Under the pieces are notes generated by a model. It saw only the letters and a list, made by a program, of their open reading frames with translations, searched no databases and had not been told where the DNA came from. A DNA stretch of 64,000 nt from IMG/VR virus record IMGVR_UViG_3300047160_011027, positions 1,510 to 65,509 of that record, one strand, 5' to 3'. Below, piece by piece: positions 16,163-25,736 of the stretch. The position numbers and the translations under genes are program-made. Source of the DNA: a virus (taxonomy: Duplodnaviria > Caudoviricetes). Each line of letters opens with the position of its first letter. Position 1 is the first letter of the stretch.

Positions 16163-17980
16163 ATGGACCGCATCCGTCAATTGCTCGCCCTGCTCGCGGA
16201 GCCCGCCGATCTGAGCAACGACGAACTCGCGCAGGCCGTCATTGAGTTGCGTAGCGCCTCCCAGGACTTCGCGCTCACGGCCGACGCCGACACCGTCGAG
16301 GGCACCACGCTGTTGTCCGAGGTGGCAGTCGTCGTGGAGGCGACGGTCGATCTCATGAACGAACGCGAAGAGGCAGACGCCGAGCGCGCCGCGGTGCGCG
16401 CCGATCTGCTCGAGCGCATCAACGGCCCGAAGGCGGAGACACCGCCCGAGGAACTGCCCGCCGATAGCGGCGAGGAGCAGAGCTCCGGCGAAGGCGAGGC
16501 GCCCGCCGAAGAGCCCGCAGCCGAGCCCGCCGAAGAGCCCGCAGCCGAGCCCGAGGCCATCGCGGCGGCGACGGAGTCACGCCCGCGCACCAACCAGGTG
16601 CCGATCGCGCTCCTGAACCGTACGCAGCCCGTGTCCACCAAACCGCGCGTGCAGGCCGAGGCCGAGGCGCGGCCGGTAATCCGGGCCGCCGGCGATCTCC
16701 GTGACTTCGGCACCAATCAAGTGCTCGACTGGGATCAGGCGGCCATGGCGATGTCCGATCGCCTGCGCGGCGTCGAGCGCGACAACGGCCCGGTGGCGGA
16801 CTTGCGTGCCGGCACGATCGACTGGCGTCAGCAGTACGACGCCACGCCCGAGCGCCGGATCAACGGCATGCCCACCGAGATCATCGACCAGCGCTTCCGG
16901 GCCGTCGTCGGTGACATTCCCGGCTACGACATGAGCGTGCTCACCCCGCGTGAGCCGGGCAAGGTCGCATCCGGTGGCATCTGTGCGCCGGTGACGGTGC
17001 GTTACGAGCTCGAGGAGGTGTCGCAAGCCAGCCGGCCGCTCCGTGACGGATTGCCGAGCTTCAACGCCGACCGCGGTGGCATCCAGTTCAACACGCCGCC
17101 GCACCTCGTTGACATCTTGGCCGATCAGTCGTCGGCCACCCTGACCACGGTCACCGCCGCCCAGGACGCCGCGGCGGGCACCAAGACGGTGCAGGAGGCC
17201 GCGTGCGGCACGTTGAACACCGTGCAGGTACGTGCGATCTGCGCCCGCCTGCAGTTCTCGAACTTCACCGACCGCTACAACCCCGAACGCATGCGTGCGT
17301 TTATGGGCCTTGGCATGGCGGCGCACTCCCGCCTCGCCGAGCGGGAGATTCTCGAGGACATGCGCACGGCGTCGACGCTGACGCTCGGCGGCACGCAAGA
17401 GGTCGGCGCCGCTCGCCAGCTCATCGAGGTCATCCAGGTGGCGTCACGCGCGCAGCGCTATCGCCATCGGATGTCCGAGGACTACCCGATCCGCTGCGTA
17501 CTCCCGATGTGGGTCGCCGATGTGATCGAAGTCGACGTCTTGAAGCAAGCGCCCGGTGACAACGTCATCAACGGCGCGCCCATCGAAGGCGAGAACTGGA
17601 TCACCGAGCAACTCGCGAGCGACAACATCCGGCCGATCTTCCAGCTTGACGACGCTCGCACCAATAACGCGCTCGGTGCCGGCGCTCCCGCGTTCACGGG
17701 CCAGACCGGTTTGGGCGCAACGCTCCAGGACTTCCCGGGCCGCGCCGAGATCCTGCTGTACCCGGAGGGGAGCTTCTTGTTCCTCGACGGCGGCCAGCTC
17801 GATTTCGGTATCACCCGGGACTCGACGCTGAACAGCCAGAACCGATTCCAGACCTTCTTCGAGTCCTTCGAGGGCGTCGCCTTCGTCGGCGTCGAATGCC
17901 TGGACATCTCAGTGCTCCTCTGCGCTTCAGGTGCCGCGGCAGCGCTCGTGACCACCAAGTGCGGCGGTGTCGGTTCCTGA
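16163..17980 (+). CDS. Major capsid protein with N-terminal scaffolding domain (cluster-B-like hexamer type)
   Basis: GGAGG SD; acidic PAEEPAAE repeats (24-bp unit 16501-16548); SGGICAP...RGGIQF and LDGGQLDFGITRDSTLN..N.F..F.E.FE motifs. Confidence 0.85.
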   Translation: MDRIRQLLALLAEPADLSNDELAQAVIELRSASQDFALTADADTVEGTTLLSEVAVVVEATVDLMNEREEADAERAAVRADLLERINGPKAETPPEELPADSGEEQSSGEGEAPAEEPAAEPAEEPAAEPEAIAAATESRPRTNQVPIALLNRTQPVSTKPRVQAEAEARPVIRAAGDLRDFGTNQVLDWDQAAMAMSDRLRGVERDNGPVADLRAGTIDWRQQYDATPERRINGMPTEIIDQRFRAVVGDIPGYDMSVLTPREPGKVASGGICAPVTVRYELEEVSQASRPLRDGLPSFNADRGGIQFNTPPHLVDILADQSSATLTTVTAAQDAAAGTKTVQEAACGTLNTVQVRAICARLQFSNFTDRYNPERMRAFMGLGMAAHSRLAEREILEDMRTASTLTLGGTQEVGAARQLIEVIQVASRAQRYRHRMSEDYPIRCVLPMWVADVIEVDVLKQAPGDNVINGAPIEGENWITEQLASDNIRPIFQLDDARTNNALGAGAPAFTGQTGLGATLQDFPGRAEILLYPEGSFLFLDGGQLDFGITRDSTLNSQNRFQTFFESFEGVAFVGVECLDISVLLCASGAAAALVTTKCGGVGS

Positions 17981-17996
17981 TCAGGGAGGAGTCGAT

Positions 17997-18028
17997 GGTG
18001 GAGGGCTGGCCCGCAGCGGCCCTCCACC
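17997..18028 (+). terminator. GC-rich hairpin between the two capsid-type genes
   Basis: GGTGGAGGGC (17997-18006) / GCCCTCCACC (18019-28) 10-bp stem. Confidence 0.55.
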
Positions 18029-18050
18029 TCGGCATTGAGAGGACGCGCAC

Positions 18051-19043
18051 ATGGCAGAAGCGGCAACTCCGGTCGATGCCGAGAAAGCCACCGCCAACCG
18101 CGCTGGCAGCCTTCTCGGCTCGATCACGCCAGTGGTCGACGGCTCGGATTACGAGACGCCCGACATCCTGTCGCCGCGCCTCGACTCGGCGCAGTACGGG
18201 ACGGAAGGCGCCACGCGCGATCGGAGCGTCCGGTGGGTGAACGGTTACACGTTCTACCCCGACGACTGCTACGGCGGGCATCTGATGGATCCCTGCCAGG
18301 TAGGCCACGCCGACGTGCCGGCATTCAGCCAGCTCACTGCGATCGGTGTCACCGAGCCGGTCCATCCGTTCATCGTGGAAGCCACGGATCAATGCTCGAC
18401 GTTCGGCGCGCCCGAGGCGCTTCACATCGAACGGCTCAAGCGCAAGTTCTACGCCGTGCGGTCGACGCGCATCGCCAAGGAATGGTGGCGGGGCGATCAG
18501 GCCCAGGCGTCGTCATGGACGGAGAATCAATATCTGGCGAAGGCGGGCGCGTTCGGTTCGGGCGGCGCCTCGATCATCTCCGGCGTCTACGGCTACATCT
18601 CCGCGCTCGCCGCGTTGGAACAGGCGATCGCCAATCAAACCGACTGGGGACGAGGCGTCATTCACGCCACGCCGCGCGTCGTCAGCCACTGGATCGCCGA
18701 GCACATGGTGCGGGCCGTGCCGAACCCGCCGAACGTGCTCATGACGGAACTCGGGACGATCGTCATCGCGGACTCGGGCTACGACGGCTCGGGCCCCGGC
18801 GACAGCCAGGCCGGGCTGGGCCAGCTCACGCACGTTCAATGGGCCTACGTCTCGGGCATTCCCCAGATCCGCCTCGGCCAGGTCTACATGCTCGACACCG
18901 ACGACGACCACGTGGCCGTCGACCGCAGCACCAACACCCGCACCATCCGCATGTGGCAGTTCGCCTCGGTGGCGCAGACGCCCTGCATTCACTCCGGCGT
19001 CATCGTCAACCTCGGCACTGCAATCTCCGTACCCGGTAGCTAA
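18051..19043 (+). CDS. Second capsid-type protein (putative pentamer / minor capsid protein)
   Basis: PFIVEATDQCSTFG...KEWWRG, ALEQAIA..GVIH.TP, TELGTIVIADSGY pattern of the gene following the capsid gene in cluster-B-like actinophages. Confidence 0.55.
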   Translation: MAEAATPVDAEKATANRAGSLLGSITPVVDGSDYETPDILSPRLDSAQYGTEGATRDRSVRWVNGYTFYPDDCYGGHLMDPCQVGHADVPAFSQLTAIGVTEPVHPFIVEATDQCSTFGAPEALHIERLKRKFYAVRSTRIAKEWWRGDQAQASSWTENQYLAKAGAFGSGGASIISGVYGYISALAALEQAIANQTDWGRGVIHATPRVVSHWIAEHMVRAVPNPPNVLMTELGTIVIADSGYDGSGPGDSQAGLGQLTHVQWAYVSGIPQIRLGQVYMLDTDDDHVAVDRSTNTRTIRMWQFASVAQTPCIHSGVIVNLGTAISVPGS

Positions 19044-19054
19044 GGAGCACCGCA

Positions 19055-19753
19055 ATGACACAACCCTGTTATCAGTCGCTCCGAGCGGTGCGCATCCGGG
19101 CCTCGAAGATCAACTCGAGCACGGGCGCGCCGACGGTCGGCGCTTCCAATGGCGTCGTGAGCTCGGCGCAGATCCAGGCGCAGATCGGCATCACCATCAC
19201 CACCGGCGATACCGGCACGCAGAAGAACGGCGACGGTGTGACGTGCGCGACGTTCACCGACCCCGACACCCTGAAGAACGTCACGATCGCGCTCGATCTC
19301 TGCTCGGCCGATCCGATCCTGCGCGGCATTCTGACGTCGGGCACGATCTTCACCGATCCCGCTCACGCCTCGATCGCTGCCGGCTTCCAGAGTCTGGCGG
19401 TCGGTTCGTCGCCGACGCCGGTCTGCTTCGAGCTCTGGACACGGGCCTGGGACGGTTCCAGTCAGACGAGCTCGACGACGACGTTCGGCAACGGCGTCGC
19501 CGCCTATTGGCATTGGGTCTTCCCGTGGACGACCTGGGTCGAGGATCAAACGACGCTGTCCAACGGCATTCACACGCTGCCGCTCAAGGGCACCGGCGTG
19601 GCGAACAGCGCGATCACGGCGAACGGCCCGTTCAACGACTGGCCGACGTACGTGGCGCAGAACGGCGGCGTCACGCAGCCTTACGGTTACTTCCTCGACT
19701 CGCAACTTCCGTCCGCGACCTGCGGCTTCACGGCCGTCCCGGCCGGTTCCTAG
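19055..19753 (+). CDS. Major tail (tube) protein
   Basis: C...RAVRIRA..I..GAP, KNGDG..C, LDLCSADP, ELWT, YW..VFPW; position. Confidence 0.75.
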   Translation: MTQPCYQSLRAVRIRASKINSSTGAPTVGASNGVVSSAQIQAQIGITITTGDTGTQKNGDGVTCATFTDPDTLKNVTIALDLCSADPILRGILTSGTIFTDPAHASIAAGFQSLAVGSSPTPVCFELWTRAWDGSSQTSSTTTFGNGVAAYWHWVFPWTTWVEDQTTLSNGIHTLPLKGTGVANSAITANGPFNDWPTYVAQNGGVTQPYGYFLDSQLPSATCGFTAVPAGS

Positions 19754-19764
19754 CCTGGGGGGCC

Positions 19765-20631
19765 ATGACCACGCCCGCCGTCGATCAACCGAACGTCCCC
19801 TGGGTTACGCCCGGGGGCGTTCGGAAGATGGAGCCCTACGAACGAGCCGCGGGTTCCATGGATACCGGCCTGCTGACGCAGATCTGCCTCGTCGCCTCGA
19901 CGTGGCTGTGGCGCGCCACGGGCCGGCGCTGGAGTGGGGAGGCGTCGGAAACGGTGCGGCCGGTCGGGCGCTGGCATTCGATCCAGCCGCGCGGCCCGCA
20001 CCAGAACGACCCCGCCTATACCACGACGTTCGATCCCAGCTTCTTCTCCTCGAGAACGGGCCAATACGGCTGGCCCTCGGCGCAAGGCCGCCAGGAATGG
20101 GCCTGGGAATGCCTGCTCGGCGAGTACCCGGTCGTCTCCGTCGATCAGGTCGTCATTGACGGCGCGCTATTCGATCCGACAATCGCCTCCGGCCCGCAGG
20201 CAGGGATGCCGTCCTACCGCCTGGACGATCAGCGCTGGCTCGTCCGTTGCGACGGGGGCTCGTGGCCGTTCTGGCAGGACTGGCGTCTCCCCGCCGACGT
20301 GGGGCCGAACCGCCAGGGAACCTGGCAGGTGAGCTTCACCTTCGGCGAGGCGCCGCCTCCGGACGGGATCTGGGCCGCACAGGTGCTCGCGGGCGAGCTC
20401 GCGCTCTCCACGAACAACGATTCAGCCTGTCGGCTGAACTCGCGCGTGCAGTCGATGGCGCGCCAGGGCGAGTCCATGCTGCTCGTCGATCCGATGGTGC
20501 TGCTCGAGGGGAAGCGTTGGGGCATCCGCGAGATCGATATGTTCGTCATGGCGGCGAATCCTTACGGCCTGCAGCAGCGCACGGCGGTGCTCTCCCCGGA
20601 TATCCCGCGCGCGGTGCGCCATACCGGGTGA
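19765..20631 (+). CDS. Head-to-tail adaptor
   Basis: AS.WLW.ATGRRW, PVVSVDQV.IDG, YRLDD..WLVR.DG..WP, CRL..RV....RQG, G..EID.FV...NP.GL. Confidence 0.7.
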   Translation: MTTPAVDQPNVPWVTPGGVRKMEPYERAAGSMDTGLLTQICLVASTWLWRATGRRWSGEASETVRPVGRWHSIQPRGPHQNDPAYTTTFDPSFFSSRTGQYGWPSAQGRQEWAWECLLGEYPVVSVDQVVIDGALFDPTIASGPQAGMPSYRLDDQRWLVRCDGGSWPFWQDWRLPADVGPNRQGTWQVSFTFGEAPPPDGIWAAQVLAGELALSTNNDSACRLNSRVQSMARQGESMLLVDPMVLLEGKRWGIREIDMFVMAANPYGLQQRTAVLSPDIPRAVRHTG

Positions 20632-21035
20632 GCATTCGCGACCAGCTCGAGCGGAATCTGCGCCAGCGGGTCGCCGCCAATCTCGAGTCGAGTCGTACGA
20701 TCCTCGTTGAGTTGATCCGCGCCCCGCTCAACGACATCTCGGGCCAGCTGAAGGCGGGCATCCTCGTCGACACCTGGCGCGAAGAGGGCAGCCGATATTC
20801 CTCCTCGGTGCGTTCGCTCGCGCCGTATTCCATGTGGGTCGATCAGGGAACCGGCGTCTACGGCCCGCTCGGCGGCCGCATCTACCCGCGCTCGGCGAAA
20901 GCTCTGCACTTCTACTGGTATAAGCGGGGCGCCTGGTACACGTTCGCCTCCGTCCGCGGCTCGCCGGCGCAGAACTTCTTTGAGAAACCCATGCCGGACT
21001 ACTTCGCGCGCGCGCTCGAGGCCGCATTCCCATAG
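20628..21035 (+). CDS. Neck / tail completion protein (HK97 gp10-like)
   Basis: Y..WV..GTG....I.P...KAL.F...V.G..A..FF motif. Confidence 0.6.
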   Translation: MSIRDQLERNLRQRVAANLESSRTILVELIRAPLNDISGQLKAGILVDTWREEGSRYSSSVRSLAPYSMWVDQGTGVYGPLGGRIYPRSAKALHFYWYKRGAWYTFASVRGSPAQNFFEKPMPDYFARALEAAFP

Positions 21036-21052
21036 CCGCAACGCCTGGAAAG

Positions 21053-21058
21053 TACGCT
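21053..21058 (+). promoter_or_regulatory. -10 element (TACGCT) of probable leaderless promoter
   Basis: ATG 21065 starts 7 nt after; AAGTACGCTT recurs at 25973-25982. Confidence 0.5.
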
Positions 21059-21064
21059 TCTCGC

Positions 21065-21511
21065 ATGCGAATTCTCTACGGCAATCGCGATCCCTGGCAC
21101 TATGTCGACGGGCAATTCGTCCGCGCGCTCGAGCAGCCGGCCGTGACGGAACAGCACCTCACCGATGCGTTGAACAATGACGGCGACGCGATGCTGACGT
21201 ACACGGTCGGCACCAATGGGCAGGAGATCCGCGATCATCTCTTCGAGAATCCGATCACGAGTCGCATGGCCGCGAACACGGCGCTCCTCTCCTCGGTTGG
21301 GCAGTTCAAGCACACGAGCCCGGAGCCGCCCGCCTGGGTCGCCGTCGAGCCCGAGGGCCGCGATCCCGCAATGGCGGCCGACATGGAACGCTGTCTCGCC
21401 GAATACTGGGGCTGCGCGCGCGGCGTGCCGGCCGATGTCGAGGCTACGCACTGGACGGAACATCAGATCGACGGCGGCATGGTCGCGTTCGCGCCGGGAG
21501 AGCATCCGTGA
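21065..21511 (+). CDS. Hypothetical protein in tail module
   Basis: 148-aa ORF with phage codon usage, GTGA-coupled to next gene. Confidence 0.65.
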   Translation: MRILYGNRDPWHYVDGQFVRALEQPAVTEQHLTDALNNDGDAMLTYTVGTNGQEIRDHLFENPITSRMAANTALLSSVGQFKHTSPEPPAWVAVEPEGRDPAMAADMERCLAEYWGCARGVPADVEATHWTEHQIDGGMVAFAPGEHP

Positions 21512-22176
21512 GCAAGGTCAATCAGACACGCGACGTGCAATCAATCTGGTTCGGGATCAATAACAACGCGGCGGCGGTTATGGCCGCCGGTGCCGCGACC
21601 GCGTCGGGCGCGACCTCGCTGACGACTGTCACGACCGCAGCCGCAGTCAACTGCTTCGCCGGGCAGGCTGTCTATGCGAACACCGCCGCGAACACCGCGA
21701 CGCAGGCGACCGAGATCTACGGCATCATCCAGTCGAACACCAACGGCGCGAACACCGTGCTCACCATCGACGGCTGGACGACGCTGGCGGGCGCGGCTGG
21801 CGCGACGCCTTCCGCGACGACGTTCTACATCATCGGGCCGCCGCCGCCGTTCTGGTTCATCGCCCTGTCCGACTCGACCTCCGCCGTCGCGGGGACGGAG
21901 ACGGGCGCGGCGATGGGCGGCACCGAACTGACGACGAACGGTCTCGCCCGCGCGCTCGCGGACACGCTCACGCACACGGCCGGGACGACGACCGCGGTGG
22001 TCGGTAAGACGTTCACCTACTCGGCGGGGACGCCGCAGACGATCGGGCGCGCCGCGATCGTGAACAGCCGCGTCGCCAACAAGAACTTCGCGCACTTCAT
22101 CACGCAGTTCGCCTCGGCGACGGTCGGTTCGATCGGCGACACGCTCCAGGTCATCGACACGCTCACGGTCGGTTGA
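21508..22176 (+). CDS. Thr/Ala-rich structural (minor tail/collar) protein
   Basis: ELTTNGLARA...THTAGTT...TFTY...GDTLQVIDTLT pattern of phage structural proteins. Confidence 0.6.
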   Translation: MSKVNQTRDVQSIWFGINNNAAAVMAAGAATASGATSLTTVTTAAAVNCFAGQAVYANTAANTATQATEIYGIIQSNTNGANTVLTIDGWTTLAGAAGATPSATTFYIIGPPPPFWFIALSDSTSAVAGTETGAAMGGTELTTNGLARALADTLTHTAGTTTAVVGKTFTYSAGTPQTIGRAAIVNSRVANKNFAHFITQFASATVGSIGDTLQVIDTLTVG

Positions 22177-22177
22177 C

Positions 22178-24616
22178 GTGCCGTTCGACACGCATGCGAA
22201 CCTGATCCGATCCACGATCGTGACGCCGCCGTCGCCAGCGACGACGGGCACGACGTTGGAGGTAGGCCCGTCCGATCCGATCGTGGGGGAGGCTCCGCCT
22301 TTCAACTGCACCGCGTGGCCGAGCAGCGCGGCGTTCCCAACGCATGACAACGCCGAGATCGTGCGCGTCACCGGCATTTCATCCACCCTCGACACGACCG
22401 CGCAGCCGTTCTTCGCCATCGACAGCAACGGCTTCAGCAACGAGCCGTTCCTGATCCTCGTCGGCTTCAACCAGTTCGTCACCATGTCATTTAGGGTGCA
22501 GACGTCGATCCCGCAGGGCGTGGCGGTGACGCAGGCGATGATGTTCGTGTGGGAGGAAGTGTCCCTCGGCGCGTATTCCGCGGACTGTACGGTGTGGGGC
22601 GACGACGGCACCGGGCCAACTGCGGCAACCGTGCAGTTCAACTACACGGGCTTCTCGGGCTACAACCAACTCGACATTACGCCGATCGTGCAGGAACTTG
22701 TGAACCGGTCGTCGTGGACCGGCACCTTCACGATCACGTTCAACGACAACGGCACTTCGCTGCTCGGGTTCGACGTCATCAACGCCGGGCCGACTTACAT
22801 CCAGATCACGGCGACGAATCCGGTTCCTGTGCTGACGATCCAACGGCATCAGGAAGGCACGTCCGCGATCCCGCTCGCGGCAGGCGACAACTTGGCGCTG
22901 ACGATCACGAAGAAAGTGATTACGGACATTGAGGATAGAATCAGTCAGCAAGGCTGGCCGATCTTCTCGATCCCGGATTTCGCGCCTGCTGGGCATGTGT
23001 TTGGTGTCGGCGACGATGCAGCCTATGTGCAGGCCGCGGTGGATGCGGCCGCGGCGGTGGGCCGCGGCACCATTTTCTGGCCGCATGGTTGTCTGACGAA
23101 GATCAGGACGTGCATCAATCTCCCTGCCCGCGGCACCTACAGGTTCACCGTCGATCCGGGCGGCATGGCCGACTCCGTCTATCTCTACAACGCGAATCCC
23201 GCATACTCCTCCGGCATCGTCGTTGATACCGGCATCGCCGGGATGCCTGCTGGCTGGCAGGCGGGCCTCGACATCGTGTTCAACTCGTGGAACGCGACCA
23301 ACGCCGGGCCGGGAGCGCAAGGCGAACTCAATCTCGTCTTCGACGGCATCATGCTTTACAACAGCACCGGAAGTCTCAAGGTCGGCCTCGTCACGATCTG
23401 CGGGAACGTCAATCAGTGGGCGGTGCGGAACTGCATCACGACTGCCGCAGGCCTCGTCTACAAGTTCAGTCCTGCGGGGATGGGCCAGGATTACCTCGGC
23501 ATCATCGAGGGCAATCAAGGCTCCGGGTGGATGCTCTACGCGCCACAAGGTGGCCCGTTCATCGGTGTCATTGCGCACAACACCTGGTACGCGACCGGCG
23601 ATGTCTTAAACCCGATGCCGATCGGTGAGGTGATCGACCAGCAGGATTTCTGGATCTGGTCTTGTCATCACAACGTCTTCCAGACCGCGAACAACACGGT
23701 CGCGGGCAACCGGGCGATGATCGCCGTCCACAACATCGTTGAGACGATCCTCGGTCAGATCGATCACAACGCGTTCTACGGCGCGACCGGCGCGTGCATC
23801 TATTGGAAAGACGACGCCGCGACGACCGTGAACAACGCGTCGGGCGGCATCACGATCGACTACAACCAGTTCGTCGGCTGGAACCAGGCCGGGCGCGACG
23901 AGACGCAATGGGCGTCGGCCGCGCTCGTCATCGACGCCTCTACGGGATCTCCACCGGATCAGCAGATCAACATCGGGCCGAATACCTTCTCGGGCGGCGC
24001 GCAGATCGGCAGCGCGACCGGCGCGCACTTCGGCATCTGGCTCATCGGCACCACCGATCCGGCTCCACCGGTCGGCGACCCACCGAACGCCACGAACTAT
24101 CCGCGTGGCGTCATGGTGTCGCCGTTCCAGATGTTCCGTCAGTGTCAGACGGCCAACATCCTTATCGATGACGGCGGCGCGATGGGCGGCTCGGCGCAAT
24201 GGGTGCCCGCGCGCATGGGACAGATCGAATGCTCCAACCTGTTCATGGCGGGCACGCTGCAAGCGCAGTTCGGCATCCTGGTCGGCGGCAGCCACTTCTC
24301 CGGCTCCGGTTCCGTCAGTGATGTGAGCGCGGCAGGCGCGGCGCAGGATCTCTATTTCGGTTACAGCGCCGGGAGCGGCAAACACCATTTCTTCTCGTCA
24401 GCGGACGGCACGACTGTCCTCGACCTCGACGCGCACCTCATGCGGGTCGGGTTCTTCGGCCACGCGACCGTCGCGCAGGCGACCGGATGGGGCGCGCCGA
24501 CCGGCACCGCGACGCGCACGACGTTCGCGACGGGCAGCGTCACGCTGTCGCAGCTCGCCGAACGCGTGAAGGCGCTGATTGACGATCTGACCAGCTACGG
24601 CCTCCTGCATTCATGA
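22178..24616 (+). CDS. Tail fibre / tailspike with pectate-lyase-like beta-helix
   Basis: GVGDDAAYVQAAVDAAAAVGRGTIFWPHG beta-helix start, Asn/Gly repeats (IAHNTW, IDHNAF, IGPNTF), C-terminal GFFG...LAERVKALIDDL..YGLL. Confidence 0.75.
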   Translation: MPFDTHANLIRSTIVTPPSPATTGTTLEVGPSDPIVGEAPPFNCTAWPSSAAFPTHDNAEIVRVTGISSTLDTTAQPFFAIDSNGFSNEPFLILVGFNQFVTMSFRVQTSIPQGVAVTQAMMFVWEEVSLGAYSADCTVWGDDGTGPTAATVQFNYTGFSGYNQLDITPIVQELVNRSSWTGTFTITFNDNGTSLLGFDVINAGPTYIQITATNPVPVLTIQRHQEGTSAIPLAAGDNLALTITKKVITDIEDRISQQGWPIFSIPDFAPAGHVFGVGDDAAYVQAAVDAAAAVGRGTIFWPHGCLTKIRTCINLPARGTYRFTVDPGGMADSVYLYNANPAYSSGIVVDTGIAGMPAGWQAGLDIVFNSWNATNAGPGAQGELNLVFDGIMLYNSTGSLKVGLVTICGNVNQWAVRNCITTAAGLVYKFSPAGMGQDYLGIIEGNQGSGWMLYAPQGGPFIGVIAHNTWYATGDVLNPMPIGEVIDQQDFWIWSCHHNVFQTANNTVAGNRAMIAVHNIVETILGQIDHNAFYGATGACIYWKDDAATTVNNASGGITIDYNQFVGWNQAGRDETQWASAALVIDASTGSPPDQQINIGPNTFSGGAQIGSATGAHFGIWLIGTTDPAPPVGDPPNATNYPRGVMVSPFQMFRQCQTANILIDDGGAMGGSAQWVPARMGQIECSNLFMAGTLQAQFGILVGGSHFSGSGSVSDVSAAGAAQDLYFGYSAGSGKHHFFSSADGTTVLDLDAHLMRVGFFGHATVAQATGWGAPTGTATRTTFATGSVTLSQLAERVKALIDDLTSYGLLHS

Positions 24617-24628
24617 TCGGCTGAGGGC

Positions 24629-24802
24629 ATGTTCGCCGGGATCGAGTTCGCAGGAGCGGAGTTCGCGGGCATCATGTTCACGGGCGGCGCCGGAGCCAGC
24701 CCGCTCGCCTCGACGTTCACGGTCGACGCGCAAGCCACGCTGACGCTTGATCGTCCTTCTAAGCTGACGTTGGACGCCGAGGCGGAGGAGACGATCCCAT
24801 GA
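24629..24802 (+). CDS. Small structural protein (57 aa)
   Basis: MFAGIEFAGAEFAG repeat; GAGG SD; ATGA overlap with next gene. Confidence 0.45.
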   Translation: MFAGIEFAGAEFAGIMFTGGAGASPLASTFTVDAQATLTLDRPSKLTLDAEAEETIP

Positions 24803-25164
24803 CGATCGCGGCGGCGCAGCCGATCTATCAGGTAATCACCGGCCAGGCGCTGCCCGATACCGGGCTCTTCGTGCGCTCGGGCGGCGTGCTCCTCACGGGG
24901 CTGAACTCGGGCTATACGTTCTCGCTGCGAGTTCGCAACCCGAACGACGATGCCACGCTGTTCACGAAGACGACGGGGTTCACGGGCCAGATCGGCTCGG
25001 GTTCCGAACCGGGCGGCGTGCCGAATCTCGTTATCGCCTGGGCCGTTTCGGGCGAACTCGACACGCTGACGATCGGCGAGGTTCATAAGGCGCGTCTCAC
25101 GATCACGCGCGTGAGCGACTCCAAGCCCTATATCTACGACTTTCTCCTCGACGCCGATTCATGA
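24799..25164 (+). CDS. Putative BppU-N-like tail/baseplate protein
   Basis: beta-rich 121 aa, ...L.G.TF.L.V....W..GELDTL..G pattern; position. Confidence 0.45.
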   Translation: MTIAAAQPIYQVITGQALPDTGLFVRSGGVLLTGLNSGYTFSLRVRNPNDDATLFTKTTGFTGQIGSGSEPGGVPNLVIAWAVSGELDTLTIGEVHKARLTITRVSDSKPYIYDFLLDADS

Positions 25165-25673
25165 CGTCGCTCTCGCAAGTCATTCCGGCGCTCCTGCGGG
25201 ATCTCGGCGCCGGCGCGCTTGGTGCTTATACCGACGTGGCGGATGGCCCGCTCCCGGTGCCCGAGCTCGTTATCCATCACGACGGCCCAGCCCCGACGAT
25301 CGACTGCGGCGATCTCCTGATCGTGACGCCGACGGCTCTCACCTCGGCGTTTCAGGGTTCGGTGGAGAACTGCGCCTACGTCCTGCAGGTAGGGATGAGC
25401 GTCACGATTACGCGCTGCGTGCCGAATCTCCAGCCCTCGGGCGAAACGGCGGAGAACGAGGATCTCACCGCGGCGGCGCTCGGGCTCGCCGGCGACATCT
25501 CTACGCTCTGGTACGGGCTCATCGGGCGTTGCCGCGCGGACACGCTCTTCACGAGCTTCGCCGGCATCATGTGCGGCGACGTCTCCTGGCACGACGGCCG
25601 GCCGGGAGTCGGCGGCGGCATCGGATGGTGGACGCTCCCCGTCACGGTTACGGTCGGAGCTCCGCTGCTCTAG
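25161..25673 (+). CDS. Tail terminator (cluster-B / Streptomyces type)
   Basis: P..DCGDLL.V, C.......V.ITRCVP, TAAA....D motifs. Confidence 0.6.
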   Translation: MTSLSQVIPALLRDLGAGALGAYTDVADGPLPVPELVIHHDGPAPTIDCGDLLIVTPTALTSAFQGSVENCAYVLQVGMSVTITRCVPNLQPSGETAENEDLTAAALGLAGDISTLWYGLIGRCRADTLFTSFAGIMCGDVSWHDGRPGVGGGIGWWTLPVTVTVGAPLL

Positions 25674-25724
25674 GGCTTCGACGCATGCGTTTGCACTAGC
25701 CGCAAGCATCCGAAGGGCGCGCCG

Positions 25725-25730
25725 TACAAT
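25725..25730 (+). promoter_or_regulatory. -10 element (TACAAT) of probable leaderless promoter
   Basis: ATG 25737 starts 7 nt after; no SD. Confidence 0.55.
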
Positions 25731-25736
25731 TTGGTC

